A stretch of 64,000 nt of DNA from Sphingomonadaceae bacterium (lineage in GTDB: Bacteria > Pseudomonadota > Alphaproteobacteria > Sphingomonadales > Sphingomonadaceae). Every line of letters starts with the position of its first letter. Positions within the stretch are counted from its first letter, which is position 1. Positions 54,951 to 64,000 of the stretch are shown here, in pieces. The position numbers and the translations under genes were made by a program. The notes under the pieces were generated by a model. The model had not been told where the DNA came from and ran no database searches. It worked only from the letters and a program-made list of their open reading frames with translations. The stretch is taken from assembly GCA_046153865.1 (NCBI GenBank), contig JBJXFA010000068.1, forward strand, positions 16,557-80,556, in the 5' to 3' direction.

Positions 54951-55826
54951 ATGGCCAGTGTTTACGGGATGGTTCGGTCGCTGGTCGGCACGATGCCAAC
55001 CTATCCTGCGCTGCGCAGCATGTTGGGCCGCAAGGCGCAACCTGCGATCCCGTTGCGACCCGCTTACGCCGACATGGTCGAGAACGAAGTCATCCCCCGA
55101 TTACTGCTGGCGCACGCTCATGAGCGCGTCGCGGTTCAGCCGTGTGGCAAGGCCATTGCTGCAGATGAGATTGCAGCATTCGGCGAGCGCGCACTGACGG
55201 ACGATGCCGGTGCGTTGCTTGACACTGTGGAGGCGCTGCTCGCGCGCGGGATATCGGTTGATACCATTCTCATCGATCTGCTGGCTCCAGCGGCCCGCCA
55301 TCTGGGCACGATGTGGGAAGACGACACGACCGACTTCGTGGCGGTAACGATGGCACTCTGGCGGCTTCAGGAGATCGTGCGCGAACTCTCTGCGCGGGTG
55401 CCCGCGAGCGGCGACACGCCGCATCGCCGCGCCTTGTTTGTCACGATGCCCGGCGAACAGCACAGCTTCGGAACCGTAATCGTCGAAGACATCTTCCGCC
55501 GCGGCGGCTGGCAAACCGAGGTGCTGACCAATGCGACCCGGCAGGACCTGATTGCAATGGTGGCCGAGCGCGAATTTGACCTGATCGGCATTACTGTCGG
55601 AATCGACCGGTTTGCCGCCGACGTCGCACAGCTTGTTTCCGGGCTCCGTGCGGTCTCGGCCAATCCGGCGCTGGGTGTCCTTCTCGGCGGCCCTGCTTTT
55701 TCCAAAGACAGCGCAAAGGCGGTCAAGTTCGGAGCCGATGCTCCGGCTTGTGACGCCAAAACGGCACTTGCGGTGGCGAGCGCACTCGTCGATGGGCGCG
55801 TCGCGCAGGATCGGCTGCCTGCTTGA
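54951..55826 (+). CDS. aerR: Cobalamin-binding antirepressor AerR/PpaA
   Basis: IPRLL.AH, ARHLG.MWEDD..DF..VT, PGEQHSFG B12-binding motif; upstream of ppsR. Confidence 0.9.
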   Translation: MASVYGMVRSLVGTMPTYPALRSMLGRKAQPAIPLRPAYADMVENEVIPRLLLAHAHERVAVQPCGKAIAADEIAAFGERALTDDAGALLDTVEALLARGISVDTILIDLLAPAARHLGTMWEDDTTDFVAVTMALWRLQEIVRELSARVPASGDTPHRRALFVTMPGEQHSFGTVIVEDIFRRGGWQTEVLTNATRQDLIAMVAEREFDLIGITVGIDRFAADVAQLVSGLRAVSANPALGVLLGGPAFSKDSAKAVKFGADAPACDAKTALAVASALVDGRVAQDRLPA

Positions 55827-55859
55827 CGTTTACGATGAAAGGCTGCCGAGTTTCGCGCC

Positions 55860-57272
55860 ATGAATATCGCCTCTTCGCTTTCGATCCCCTTGCGGGCGCC
55901 GCACGAGACGCTGGGAACGCTCGACGCGCGCCAGGCCGCCCGGCTGGTCGAGGCGGCGGGCGATCTGGTGCTCGTGCTCGACCGCGATGGCGTCGTGCTC
56001 GATTATGCGCTCGCCAGCAGCGAGATGTCGATCGAAGGCAGCGATAACTGGGTCGGGCGGCGCTGGGGCGAGATCGTCTCGGCCGACAGCCGCACCAAGG
56101 TCGAGGAAATGGTCACCGCCGCGCTCGATGGCGCGCAAAGCCGCTGGCGTCAGGTGAACCATCCGACCGCCAATGGCGACGTGCCGGTGCGTTATCTCGC
56201 GGTGCGGCTGGGCGAGCTGGGCAGGATCGTCGCTGTTGGGCGCGATCTTCGCGCCAACGCCGTGCTCCAGCAGCGGCTGTTGCAGGCGCAGCAGTCGCTC
56301 GAGCGCGATTATCTGCGGTTGCGCCAGGCCGAGGCGCGCTACCGCGTCCTTTTCGAGCGGGCGACCGAAGCCATTCTTGTGGTCGATGTCGCGACCCGGC
56401 GGATCCGCGAGGCAAATTCTGCTGCGATGGCCTTGCTCGGTGCCCCGGAAGCCAGCCTCGTCGGGCGGCCGTTTGCCAGCCTGATCGACGATCATGCCCG
56501 CGATGCCATGATCGCCTGGCTCGGTGCCGTCAGCGCGGCGGATCAACCGCCGACGACATTGGCGCTGCCCGGCGGGCGCGGCAGCGTCGTCATGACGGCA
56601 AGCCTGTTTCGCCAGGAGCAGGCGAGTTACTATCTTATCCGGCTGGGCGGAAGCGGTCGCGACGGCAGCGACGAACACGCGATGCTCGACGTGATGGCGC
56701 AGATGCCCGACGGGTTCGTGCTCACCAACGCTGCATTCGAAATCGTGGGCGCGAACCCCGCTTTCGTCGATCTTGCCCATGCCGTCTCGGTCGAGCGTGT
56801 CCGCGGCATCGGACTGGCCAGTTTCCTTGGGCGCGCCGAGGTCGATTTCGACGTCATCATCGCGCAAATTCGCGAGCACGGTGCGGTCCGCAATGTCGCG
56901 ACGATGTTGCGTGCCGCCGACGGCGGGATCGAGGAAGTCGAGCTGTCTGCGGTGATGGTGCCTTCGGTGGACGGACCCTGCTTCGGTTTCTCGATCCGGA
57001 CCATTGCCCGCCGCCCGCGTGATTTGCCACCGGCCGCGCGCGACCTGCCGCGCTCGGTCGATCAGCTTACCGAGCTTGTCGGGCGCATGTCCCTGAAGGA
57101 CATCGTGCGCGAGTCGACCGATCTGATCGAGCGCCTCTGCATTGAGGCCGCGCTTGCCTACACGTCGGACAATCGCGCATCGGCGGCCGAGATTCTCGGG
57201 CTAAGTCGACAAAGCCTTTATTCGAAGATGCACCGCCACGGCGTCGGCAATCTCGGCAGCGACGACAGCTGA
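55860..57272 (+). CDS. ppsR: Transcriptional repressor PpsR
   Basis: Multiple PAS domains, QQRL..AQQSLERDY, IERLCIEAAL, SAAEILGLSRQSLY HTH. Confidence 0.95.
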   Translation: MNIASSLSIPLRAPHETLGTLDARQAARLVEAAGDLVLVLDRDGVVLDYALASSEMSIEGSDNWVGRRWGEIVSADSRTKVEEMVTAALDGAQSRWRQVNHPTANGDVPVRYLAVRLGELGRIVAVGRDLRANAVLQQRLLQAQQSLERDYLRLRQAEARYRVLFERATEAILVVDVATRRIREANSAAMALLGAPEASLVGRPFASLIDDHARDAMIAWLGAVSAADQPPTTLALPGGRGSVVMTASLFRQEQASYYLIRLGGSGRDGSDEHAMLDVMAQMPDGFVLTNAAFEIVGANPAFVDLAHAVSVERVRGIGLASFLGRAEVDFDVIIAQIREHGAVRNVATMLRAADGGIEEVELSAVMVPSVDGPCFGFSIRTIARRPRDLPPAARDLPRSVDQLTELVGRMSLKDIVRESTDLIERLCIEAALAYTSDNRASAAEILGLSRQSLYSKMHRHGVGNLGSDDS

Positions 57273-57273
57273 C

Positions 57274-57302
57274 TGTCCAATTGGCTTGACGCTTTCGAGT
57301 GT
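57274..57302 (+). promoter_or_regulatory. PpsR operator / promoter upstream of bchG
   Basis: TGT-CCAATTGGCTTG-ACG containing TTGACG -35, then 8 bp and a TGT half-site. Confidence 0.65.
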
Positions 57303-57322
57303 CAAGTTTAGCCTTTCGACTC

Positions 57323-58225
57323 ATGAGCCGCATCGCCGCATCGCTGCCTCGAACACCTGTTCCGGCTGCGCGCGACGTGCTCGAACTGCTCAAGCCGATC
57401 ACCTGGTTTCCACCGATGTGGGCGTTTCTGTGCGGCGTCGTGTCATCGGGCGTGCCCGTCTCCGAACGCTGGGGTTTCCTGATCGCGGGTGTGGCGCTCA
57501 CCGGACCGCTGGTCTGCGGCACCAGTCAGGCGGTCAACGACTGGTTCGATCGGCATGTCGATGCCATCAACGAGCCCGGGCGACCGATCCCCTCGGGGCG
57601 CATCGCGGGGCGCTGGGGGCTGTGGATCGCGTGCCTCGGAACGGCGCTATCGGTGCTGGTGGCGTGGGCGACGGGGCCATGGGTGCTGGCCGCGACATTG
57701 CTTGGGCTCGTCTGTGCTTGGGCATATAGCGCGCCGCCGCTGCGGCTTAAGGCCGATGGCTGGGCCGGGCCTGCCGTGGTGGCGCTTACCTACGAAGGGC
57801 TGAGCTGGTTTACCGGCGCGGCGGTCATGCTGGGCGCACTGCCGTCGGCCCCCATCCTCGCGATCCTCCTCCTTTACAGTCTCGGCGCGCACGGGATCAT
57901 GACGCTCAACGATTTCAAGGCGGTCGACGGGGACCGCGCGACGGGCGTGCGTTCGCTGCCGGTGCGGCTGGGTGTGCTTCTGGCGGCGCGGCTCGCCTGC
58001 GCGGTGATGGCGCTGCCGCAAGTGATCGTGGCGCTCTTGCTGGCGCATTGGGGCCATCTCGCTTCGGCAGCAATCGTGGCAGCGCTGCTTGCAGGGCAAC
58101 TCATGCTCATGGTTCGCCTGCTGCGCGATCCGCGGCGCTTCGCGCCGTGGTATAATGCCAGCGGGACGACGCTTTACGTGTTCGGAATGCTTGCGAGCGC
58201 GCTCGGCCTTGGGGGCGTGCTTTGA
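57323..58225 (+). CDS. bchG: Bacteriochlorophyll synthase
   Basis: LLKPITWFPPMWA, NDWFDR.VDAINEP.RPIPSG, NDFKA..GD. Confidence 0.96.
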   Translation: MSRIAASLPRTPVPAARDVLELLKPITWFPPMWAFLCGVVSSGVPVSERWGFLIAGVALTGPLVCGTSQAVNDWFDRHVDAINEPGRPIPSGRIAGRWGLWIACLGTALSVLVAWATGPWVLAATLLGLVCAWAYSAPPLRLKADGWAGPAVVALTYEGLSWFTGAAVMLGALPSAPILAILLLYSLGAHGIMTLNDFKAVDGDRATGVRSLPVRLGVLLAARLACAVMALPQVIVALLLAHWGHLASAAIVAALLAGQLMLMVRLLRDPRRFAPWYNASGTTLYVFGMLASALGLGGVL

Positions 58226-59514
58226 ACTGGCTCGCGATCGTGCGGCTCGGCGGCGTGCAGGCCGCAATCGGCGCGATGGTGATGCTGGCGACGTCGCTGC
58301 TCAACCGTGTGATGGTCGTCGAATATGCGCTCGCTGCGGCGCTCCCCGCAGGGCTCGTCGCCTGGCATTATGCCGTGCAGCTGTCGCGTCCGCTGTGGGG
58401 CCATGGGTCAGACCGGGGGGCCCGGCGAACGCCATGGATCATCGGCGGCATGGCGGTGCTGGGCCTCGGCACGATGCTGGCCGTGGCCGCGGCCGTAATC
58501 CTTGCGACGTCGTGGTGGCCGGGCATCGCGCTTGCGGTGCTGGCGTTCACGCTGATTGGCGGTGGCGTCGGCGCGGCGGGGACGTCGCTGCTGGCGCTGC
58601 TTGCCAGCCAGGTCGCGCCCGAGCGCCGCGCGGCGGCGGCAGCGATTACCTGGATCATGATGATCGCAGGCATTGTGATCACCGCAGGGGTGGCAGGCAG
58701 CTTGATCGATCCGTTTTCGCCGCAGCGGCTCGCACTGGTCGTGGCCGGGGTCGTGAGCGCGGCGTTTGCGGTGGCGACGCTGTCGATTTGGGGCCTCGAG
58801 CGCGCCTCAGCTTCGAACGGTGCCCGCCCCTCGACCGATTTCGGCTTCGCAGTTCGGGAAATTCTCGCCGACCGTGAGGCGCGACTGTTCACGCTGTTCG
58901 TGTTCGTGTCGATGCTCGCTTATGCGATGCAGGACATGATCCTCGAGCCATTTGCCGGGCTCCTGTTTGCCATGTCGCCAGGGCAATCGACGCAGCTCAC
59001 GGGCGTTCAGCATATGGGCGTGCTCGCTGGCATGGTCCTCGTCGGGCTGGGCGCGAATGCGTTTGGTGCGCGGACCGCCGGAGGCTTGCGCCTGTGGACC
59101 GTTGCGGGGTGCATCGGCTCCGCGCTCGCGCTGACCGGGCTGGCGATGGCTGCGCAGCACGCCCCCGCCTGGCCGATCGCCGCCAATGTCGCGCTGCTCG
59201 GCTTTTTCAATGGCATGTTCGCCGTCTCGGCGATCGGCGCGATGATGGCGCTGGCAGGGGCCGCCGGGGCAGGTCGCGAGGGCGTGCGCATGGGAGTCTG
59301 GGGCGCAGCGCAGGCGATCGCCTTCGGTCTTGGCGGGCTCATCGGTGCCGTCGGCGTCGACGCCGGACGCGCGCTGATGCAGGCCGATCGCCCGGCATTC
59401 GCCCTGATCTTTGCCTGCGAGGCGGCGCTGTTTCTGATCGCCGCCGCCATCGCCACCCGCGCTGTTGCTGCGCGGTCACCCACCTTGCGCCAACCCTTGG
59501 GAGCACTCGCATGA
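58222..59514 (+). CDS. pucC: PucC/BCD-family MFS transporter
   Basis: LLNRVMVVE, QLSRP.WG..SD, QDMILEPFAG, MGVWGAAQA. Confidence 0.85.
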   Translation: MNWLAIVRLGGVQAAIGAMVMLATSLLNRVMVVEYALAAALPAGLVAWHYAVQLSRPLWGHGSDRGARRTPWIIGGMAVLGLGTMLAVAAAVILATSWWPGIALAVLAFTLIGGGVGAAGTSLLALLASQVAPERRAAAAAITWIMMIAGIVITAGVAGSLIDPFSPQRLALVVAGVVSAAFAVATLSIWGLERASASNGARPSTDFGFAVREILADREARLFTLFVFVSMLAYAMQDMILEPFAGLLFAMSPGQSTQLTGVQHMGVLAGMVLVGLGANAFGARTAGGLRLWTVAGCIGSALALTGLAMAAQHAPAWPIAANVALLGFFNGMFAVSAIGAMMALAGAAGAGREGVRMGVWGAAQAIAFGLGGLIGAVGVDAGRALMQADRPAFALIFACEAALFLIAAAIATRAVAARSPTLRQPLGALA

Positions 59515-60692
59515 ACCGGATGATGCAATATGATTGCGTAATTGTGGGCGGCGGGCCTTCGGGCGCGACCGCCGCGACCGATCTGGCGCGCAAGGGCCGC
59601 TCGGTGCTGCTGCTGGACCGGGCCGGGCGGATCAAGCCGTGCGGCGGCGCGATACCGCCGCGGCTGATGGCCGATTTCGATATCCCCGAGAGCCTGCTGG
59701 TCGGCAAGGCGCGGTCGGCGCGGATGATCGCGCCGTCGGACAAGACCGTCGACATGCCGGTTGGCGAGGGCGGGTTCGTCGGCATGGTCGATCGCGAGCA
59801 TTTCGACGAATGGCTGCGCGCCCGCGCCGCGCTTGCCGGGGCCGAACGGCGTTCGGGCACGTTCGAGACACTTGAGCGCGACACCGATGGGACGTCGGTC
59901 GTGGTCTATCGCGACAAGCGCTCGGGCGACCCGATGCGCGTGCGCGCCCGCTGTGTGCTCGGGGCCGATGGCGCGCGCTCGGGCGTCGCGCGGGCAACGC
60001 TCAAAGGCGCTGATCGCGTGCCCTGCGTTTTTGCTTATCACGAGGTGATCAAGACGCCCGAGGGCTTCGATCGCGAACGCTGCGACGTCTTCTATCAGGG
60101 CAAATTCTCGCCCGATTTTTATGCCTGGGTATTCCCGCATGGTGACACTGCGAGCGTGGGCCTGGGAAGCGCCAACAAGGGCTTTGCGCTGCGCCCCGCA
60201 ACCGCTGCCCTGCGCGCCGCGATCGGGCTCGACACCGCCGAAACGATTCGCGTGGAGGGCGCACCGATCCCGCTCAAGCCGCTCAAGCGGTGGGACAATG
60301 GCCGCGACGTGCTGGTCTGCGGCGATGCAGCGGGCGTCGTTGCTCCTGCTTCGGGCGAAGGCATTTATTATGCGATGACCTGCGGCCGGGTGTCGGCCGA
60401 TGCCGTCGATCGTTTTCTGGTCACCGGCAAGGCCAAGGCGCTCGCCGGGGCGCGAAAGGCGTTCATGCGCGAGCATGGCCGGGTCTTTCTCATTCTCGGG
60501 ATCATGCAGTATTTCTGGTATTCATCGGACAAGCGGCGCGAGCGCTTCGTCAAGATGTGCGCCGATCCCGATGTCCAGCGGCTGACCTGGGAGGCTTACA
60601 TGAACAAGCGGCTCGTGCGCCGCGATCATGCGGCGCACGCGCGCGTATTCTTCAAGGACATGGGGCATTTGCTGGGCTTGTCGCGCGCTTGA
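59511..60692 (+). CDS. bchP: Geranylgeranyl reductase
   Basis: VGGGPSGA, IKPCGGAIPP, SPDFYAWVFPH, GDAAG.V...SGEGIYY. Confidence 0.96.
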   Translation: MNRMMQYDCVIVGGGPSGATAATDLARKGRSVLLLDRAGRIKPCGGAIPPRLMADFDIPESLLVGKARSARMIAPSDKTVDMPVGEGGFVGMVDREHFDEWLRARAALAGAERRSGTFETLERDTDGTSVVVYRDKRSGDPMRVRARCVLGADGARSGVARATLKGADRVPCVFAYHEVIKTPEGFDRERCDVFYQGKFSPDFYAWVFPHGDTASVGLGSANKGFALRPATAALRAAIGLDTAETIRVEGAPIPLKPLKRWDNGRDVLVCGDAAGVVAPASGEGIYYAMTCGRVSADAVDRFLVTGKAKALAGARKAFMREHGRVFLILGIMQYFWYSSDKRRERFVKMCADPDVQRLTWEAYMNKRLVRRDHAAHARVFFKDMGHLLGLSRA

Positions 60693-60937
60693 GCGAATGG
60701 TTTGCGAGCGGGCGCGCGATCGACCTCGTGATTGCGGTCATGCTGGCCGAGGCGGTGCTGCTCATCGCGCTCGGGCGCAAGCCGCTGACGGTGATCCTGA
60801 CCATCCTGCCCGGTGCCGCAATTCTGCTGGCCGCGCGCGCCGCGCTCACCGGCGCATCGTGGCACTGGGTCGCGCTGTGGCTCACGGTGTCGCTGCCGCT
60901 CCACCTGGCGGACCTGCGACACCGCAAGCTGATCTGA
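60689..60937 (+). CDS. 82-aa multi-TM hypothetical protein coupled to bchP
   Basis: TTGA overlap with bchP stop; strongly hydrophobic, ends LPLHLADLRHR. Confidence 0.65.
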   Translation: MSEWFASGRAIDLVIAVMLAEAVLLIALGRKPLTVILTILPGAAILLAARAALTGASWHWVALWLTVSLPLHLADLRHRKLI

Positions 60938-60945
60938 TCAGCCGA

Positions 60946-61473
60946 TCAGGACTTTGTCTTGAGATAGGCGATCACGTCCGCCCGCTTCTGGGCATCCTTG
61001 AGGCCGGTATAGGCCATCTTCGTGCCGGGAATGATCCGCTTCGGCGCTTCGAGATACTGGAACAGCTTGTCCTCGGTCCAGACGATCCCGCTGTTCTTGT
61101 TGGCAGCCGTGTAGTTGAAGCCCGCGATCGTGCCCGAGGTCCGGCCGATCAGGCCATGCAGCGAGGGGCCGACCATGTTCTTGCCGGGCTCGACAGCATG
61201 GCAGGTCTTGCAAACCGCGAACGCCTTTTCACCGTTGGCCGCGTCGGCGGTGAAGTTGGCCAGTTTGGTGCCGTCAAGCGTGTCGACATTGTCGATCGGC
61301 GGCGGCCCCGCCGCAGTGGTTGCAGCCGGCGCCGCGGCATTCGCCGCCGCGGTTTCAGCGGGTGCCGTTTCAGTGGCTGCGGTTTCTGCTTTTTCTTCGG
61401 CCGGTTGCTGCCCGCATGCAGCAAGCGCGAGGAGGGCGGCGCTCAGCGCCAGGGACGCCCGGATCGAAACCAT
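60946..61473 (-). CDS. cycA: Lipid-anchored cytochrome c2 with Ala/Thr/Pro linker
   Basis: LAAC lipobox, CKTCH, VGPSLHG..GR, PGTKM. Confidence 0.9.
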   Translation of the reverse strand: MVSIRASLALSAALLALAACGQQPAEEKAETAATETAPAETAAANAAAPAATTAAGPPPIDNVDTLDGTKLANFTADAANGEKAFAVCKTCHAVEPGKNMVGPSLHGLIGRTSGTIAGFNYTAANKNSGIVWTEDKLFQYLEAPKRIIPGTKMAYTGLKDAQKRADVIAYLKTKS

Positions 61474-61629
61474 TCAAATCTCCTAATGTCAGTCACGGCA
61501 CCGACGTAGATGCAGGCCCTGCATACAAGAATCGGATGGCCTCGCAAACGGGTTCGTGAATGCGGCGTGCCATGCTAATGCCGCGCAGCAAAAGGGGCAG
61601 GATAGATGGGTGACGCGGCGCGGACGGGC

Positions 61630-62853
61630 ATGACTTTCCACCCCGAGCGCGACCGTCTGATGGCCGAGGCGCACGCCCGCCCATCGACACCGCTCGATGC
61701 GCCGATCACGGCGATCCGGATCGCCAGCCTGTCGGGCGAAGGCGGCGTTGCCGATCGCGAGCATCTGGCATCGCTGTGCCGGTCCTCGCTCCTGCCCGTT
61801 CCTGGCGCAGACGCAAAATGGTGGGCGGTTGATGCCGGGGTCTGGTCATTGCGCTGGGAGCGGCACACCGAGTTTTCGAGCTGGACGATCTTCATGCGAT
61901 CCGGTTCGGGCGGACCGCCGACGGCGTGGCTCGCCGCGCTTCCCGGCGAAGTGCTCGTCGCGACGCAGGCTGACATTCGCACTGCGGCAAGCGAGACCGA
62001 TGCCCCTGCCAGCGGCAGCAGCATGATCGGGGCGCGCGTGCTCGATGGCGCGGCATCGGTGTTTACGGACTTCAAGCCTGATGACCGCGGCACGACGCGG
62101 ATGCTCGTCCTGCTGCGTTCGGCGGACCGGGCGCTTGTCGGACGGCTGGTGCAGATGCTGCTCGAAATCGAAACCTATCGACTTATGGCGCTGCTCGCGT
62201 TTCCGCTGGCGGGCCGCGCAGGGGCGGCGGTGGCGCGCTTCGAAGCCGAGGCCGGGGCGCTCGCCGCCAAGCTGGCCGAAGATGCCGGGGTCGATGCCGA
62301 TCGCAAGCTGCTCCAGCGGATCGTTGCTTTGTCGGGCGAGGCCGAGGCGCTCAACACGCAGACGAGCTACCGCTTCCGTGCCGCTGCCGCCTATTACGGG
62401 ATCGTCGGAGACCGCATTGCGACGCTGCGTGAGGAGCGCATTCCCGGCATGCAGACGATCGGCGAATTCATGGACCGCCGCTTGGCTCCTGCGATGCGCA
62501 CGTGCGACGCCGTTGCCGAACGCGAAGCTTCCGTGATCGACCGCATCGCGCGCGCAGGTGAAATGCTGCGCACCCGGATCGAGATCGAGGCCGAGGCGAC
62601 CAACGCCGCGCTGCTCGCATCGATGGACCGGCGCAGCGCGGTCCAGCTGCGTTTGCAGCGCACAGTCGAGGGGCTGTCAGTCGCCGCCATCGCATATTAC
62701 GCGATCTCGCTGCTCGCCTATCCGGTCAAGGCCGTCGAGAAACAATGGGCGGGCTTCGACGCCGTGCTGGCGATCGGTTTGCTCACGCCTGTGGTGGTGG
62801 TGCTCGTCTGGCTTGCAATACGTCGGCTGCGGCGGCACGGGGACACCGACTGA
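61630..62853 (+). CDS. DUF3422 family membrane protein
   Basis: HARP, LRWERHTEF, LLEIETYR.MAL, QLRLQ.TVEGLS..AI.YY, two C-terminal TMs. Confidence 0.85.
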   Translation: MTFHPERDRLMAEAHARPSTPLDAPITAIRIASLSGEGGVADREHLASLCRSSLLPVPGADAKWWAVDAGVWSLRWERHTEFSSWTIFMRSGSGGPPTAWLAALPGEVLVATQADIRTAASETDAPASGSSMIGARVLDGAASVFTDFKPDDRGTTRMLVLLRSADRALVGRLVQMLLEIETYRLMALLAFPLAGRAGAAVARFEAEAGALAAKLAEDAGVDADRKLLQRIVALSGEAEALNTQTSYRFRAAAAYYGIVGDRIATLREERIPGMQTIGEFMDRRLAPAMRTCDAVAEREASVIDRIARAGEMLRTRIEIEAEATNAALLASMDRRSAVQLRLQRTVEGLSVAAIAYYAISLLAYPVKAVEKQWAGFDAVLAIGLLTPVVVVLVWLAIRRLRRHGDTD

Positions 62854-62872
62854 AACCTGAACGCGAGGGGAA

Positions 62873-63259
62873 ATGCCAATGTTTTCGCATGTCATGCTTG
62901 GCGCAAACGACGTTTCGGCGTCGCAGAAGTTTTACGATGCCCTGTTCGCAACGCTGGGCATGAAGCCCGGGTTTCAGGACGACAAGGGGCGCGTGTTCTG
63001 GTCCGCCGCAGGGGGCACATTTGCGATCAGCAAGCCGATTGACGGCGAACCCGCCTGCGCGGCAAACGGCGGCACGATTGGCTTTGCCGTCGAAAGCCCC
63101 GAGCAGGGCGATGCGTGGCACGCAGCGGGCGTCGCCAACGGCGGCACGGCGTGCGAAGACCCGCCCGGCATTCGCGAAGGCGGCATGGGCAAGATGTATC
63201 TCGCCTATCTCCGCGATCCGGCGGGCAACAAGATCTGTGCCTTGAAGCGCATGGGTTGA
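62873..63259 (+). CDS. VOC/glyoxalase family protein
   Basis: [34 protein letters not shown]. Confidence 0.9.
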   Translation: MPMFSHVMLGANDVSASQKFYDALFATLGMKPGFQDDKGRVFWSAAGGTFAISKPIDGEPACAANGGTIGFAVESPEQGDAWHAAGVANGGTACEDPPGIREGGMGKMYLAYLRDPAGNKICALKRMG

Positions 63260-63264
63260 GCGCG

Positions 63265-64000
63265 GTGGGCGCAACGCTTGCCGAACTCGAACGCCGCCGC
63301 GAGGCCGCCAGGATGGGCGGCGGACAGAAGCGCATCGACGCGCAGCATGCCAAGGGGCGGCTGACGGCGCGCGAGCGGCTTGAGGTGCTGCTCGACGAGG
63401 GGAGCTTCGAAGAGCTCGACATGTATGTGGAGCATAACTGCACCGATTTCGGGATGGCCGAGACGGTGATCCCCGGCGACGGCGTCGTTACCGGATCGGG
63501 GACCGTCAACGGGCGGCTGGTGTTCGTCTTCTCGCAGGATTTTACCGTTTTCGGCGGCTCGCTCTCCGAGCGGCACGCGCAGAAGATCTGCAAGATCATG
63601 GACATGGCGCTGAAGGTCGGCGCGCCGGTTATCGGGCTGAACGACTCGGGTGGCGCGCGCATTCAGGAGGGCGTGGCGTCGCTCGGTGGCTATGCCGAGG
63701 TGTTCCAGCGCAATGTGCTCGCCTCGGGCGTCGTGCCGCAGCTCAGCCTCATCATGGGGCCGTGTGCGGGCGGCGCAGTGTACTCCCCCGCGATGACCGA
63801 CTTCATCTTCATGGTGAAGGATTCGAGCTACATGTTCGTCACCGGCCCCGACGTCGTGAAGACCGTGACCAACGAGGTCGTGACGCAAGAGACGCTCGGC
63901 GGCGCGGTCACGCACACGACCAAATCGGGCGTGGCGGACGTTGCGTTCGAGAACGACATCGAAGCGCTGATGGCGGCGCGCGACTTTATCGATTTCCTGC
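63265..64000 (+). CDS. pccB: Propionyl-CoA carboxylase beta subunit (3' truncated by window edge)
   Basis: [50 protein letters not shown]. Confidence 0.93.
   Translation, partial: MGATLAELERRREAARMGGGQKRIDAQHAKGRLTARERLEVLLDEGSFEELDMYVEHNCTDFGMAETVIPGDGVVTGSGTVNGRLVFVFSQDFTVFGGSLSERHAQKICKIMDMALKVGAPVIGLNDSGGARIQEGVASLGGYAEVFQRNVLASGVVPQLSLIMGPCAGGAVYSPAMTDFIFMVKDSSYMFVTGPDVVKTVTNEVVTQETLGGAVTHTTKSGVADVAFENDIEALMAARDFIDFL

Overview
GC-rich alphaproteobacterial chromosome segment; gene content suggests Sphingomonadales and an aerobic anoxygenic phototroph. Positions 1-22.7 kb hold housekeeping and accessory genes: cobT, an AT-richer secreted lectin gene inside nested inverted repeats, hlyC/corC, tadA, rpmB, an iorB-like gene, hemH, phbB, NAD-GDH, tRNA-Thr(CGT), wrbA, DUF1800/DUF1501 and an M14 enzyme. 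Positions 22.7-61.5 kb are a photosynthesis gene cluster: bchIDO, crtCD/crtF, bchCXYZ-pufBALMC, a Uma2 gene, hemA-puhE-acsF-puhCBA-lhaA-bchMLHBNF, aerR-ppsR-bchG-pucC-bchP and cycA, with several PpsR-type TGT-N12-ACA operators. DUF3422, a VOC gene and a partial pccB follow. The most notable observations are: (1) the tetraheme reaction-centre cytochrome PufC is fused in frame to a complete OmpA-like peptidoglycan-binding domain; (2) one ~135-140 bp palindromic element occurs three times in the cluster, twice translated in frame inside BchY and BchB and once supplying the bchZ ribosome-binding site; (3) the H-type lectin gene is bracketed by two tiers of inverted repeats, the outer pair beginning at the stop codons of both neighbouring genes; (4) there is a 52-aa single-TM ORF, missed by the ORF track, between bchO and crtC. 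No database searches were run, so novelty claims are untested.
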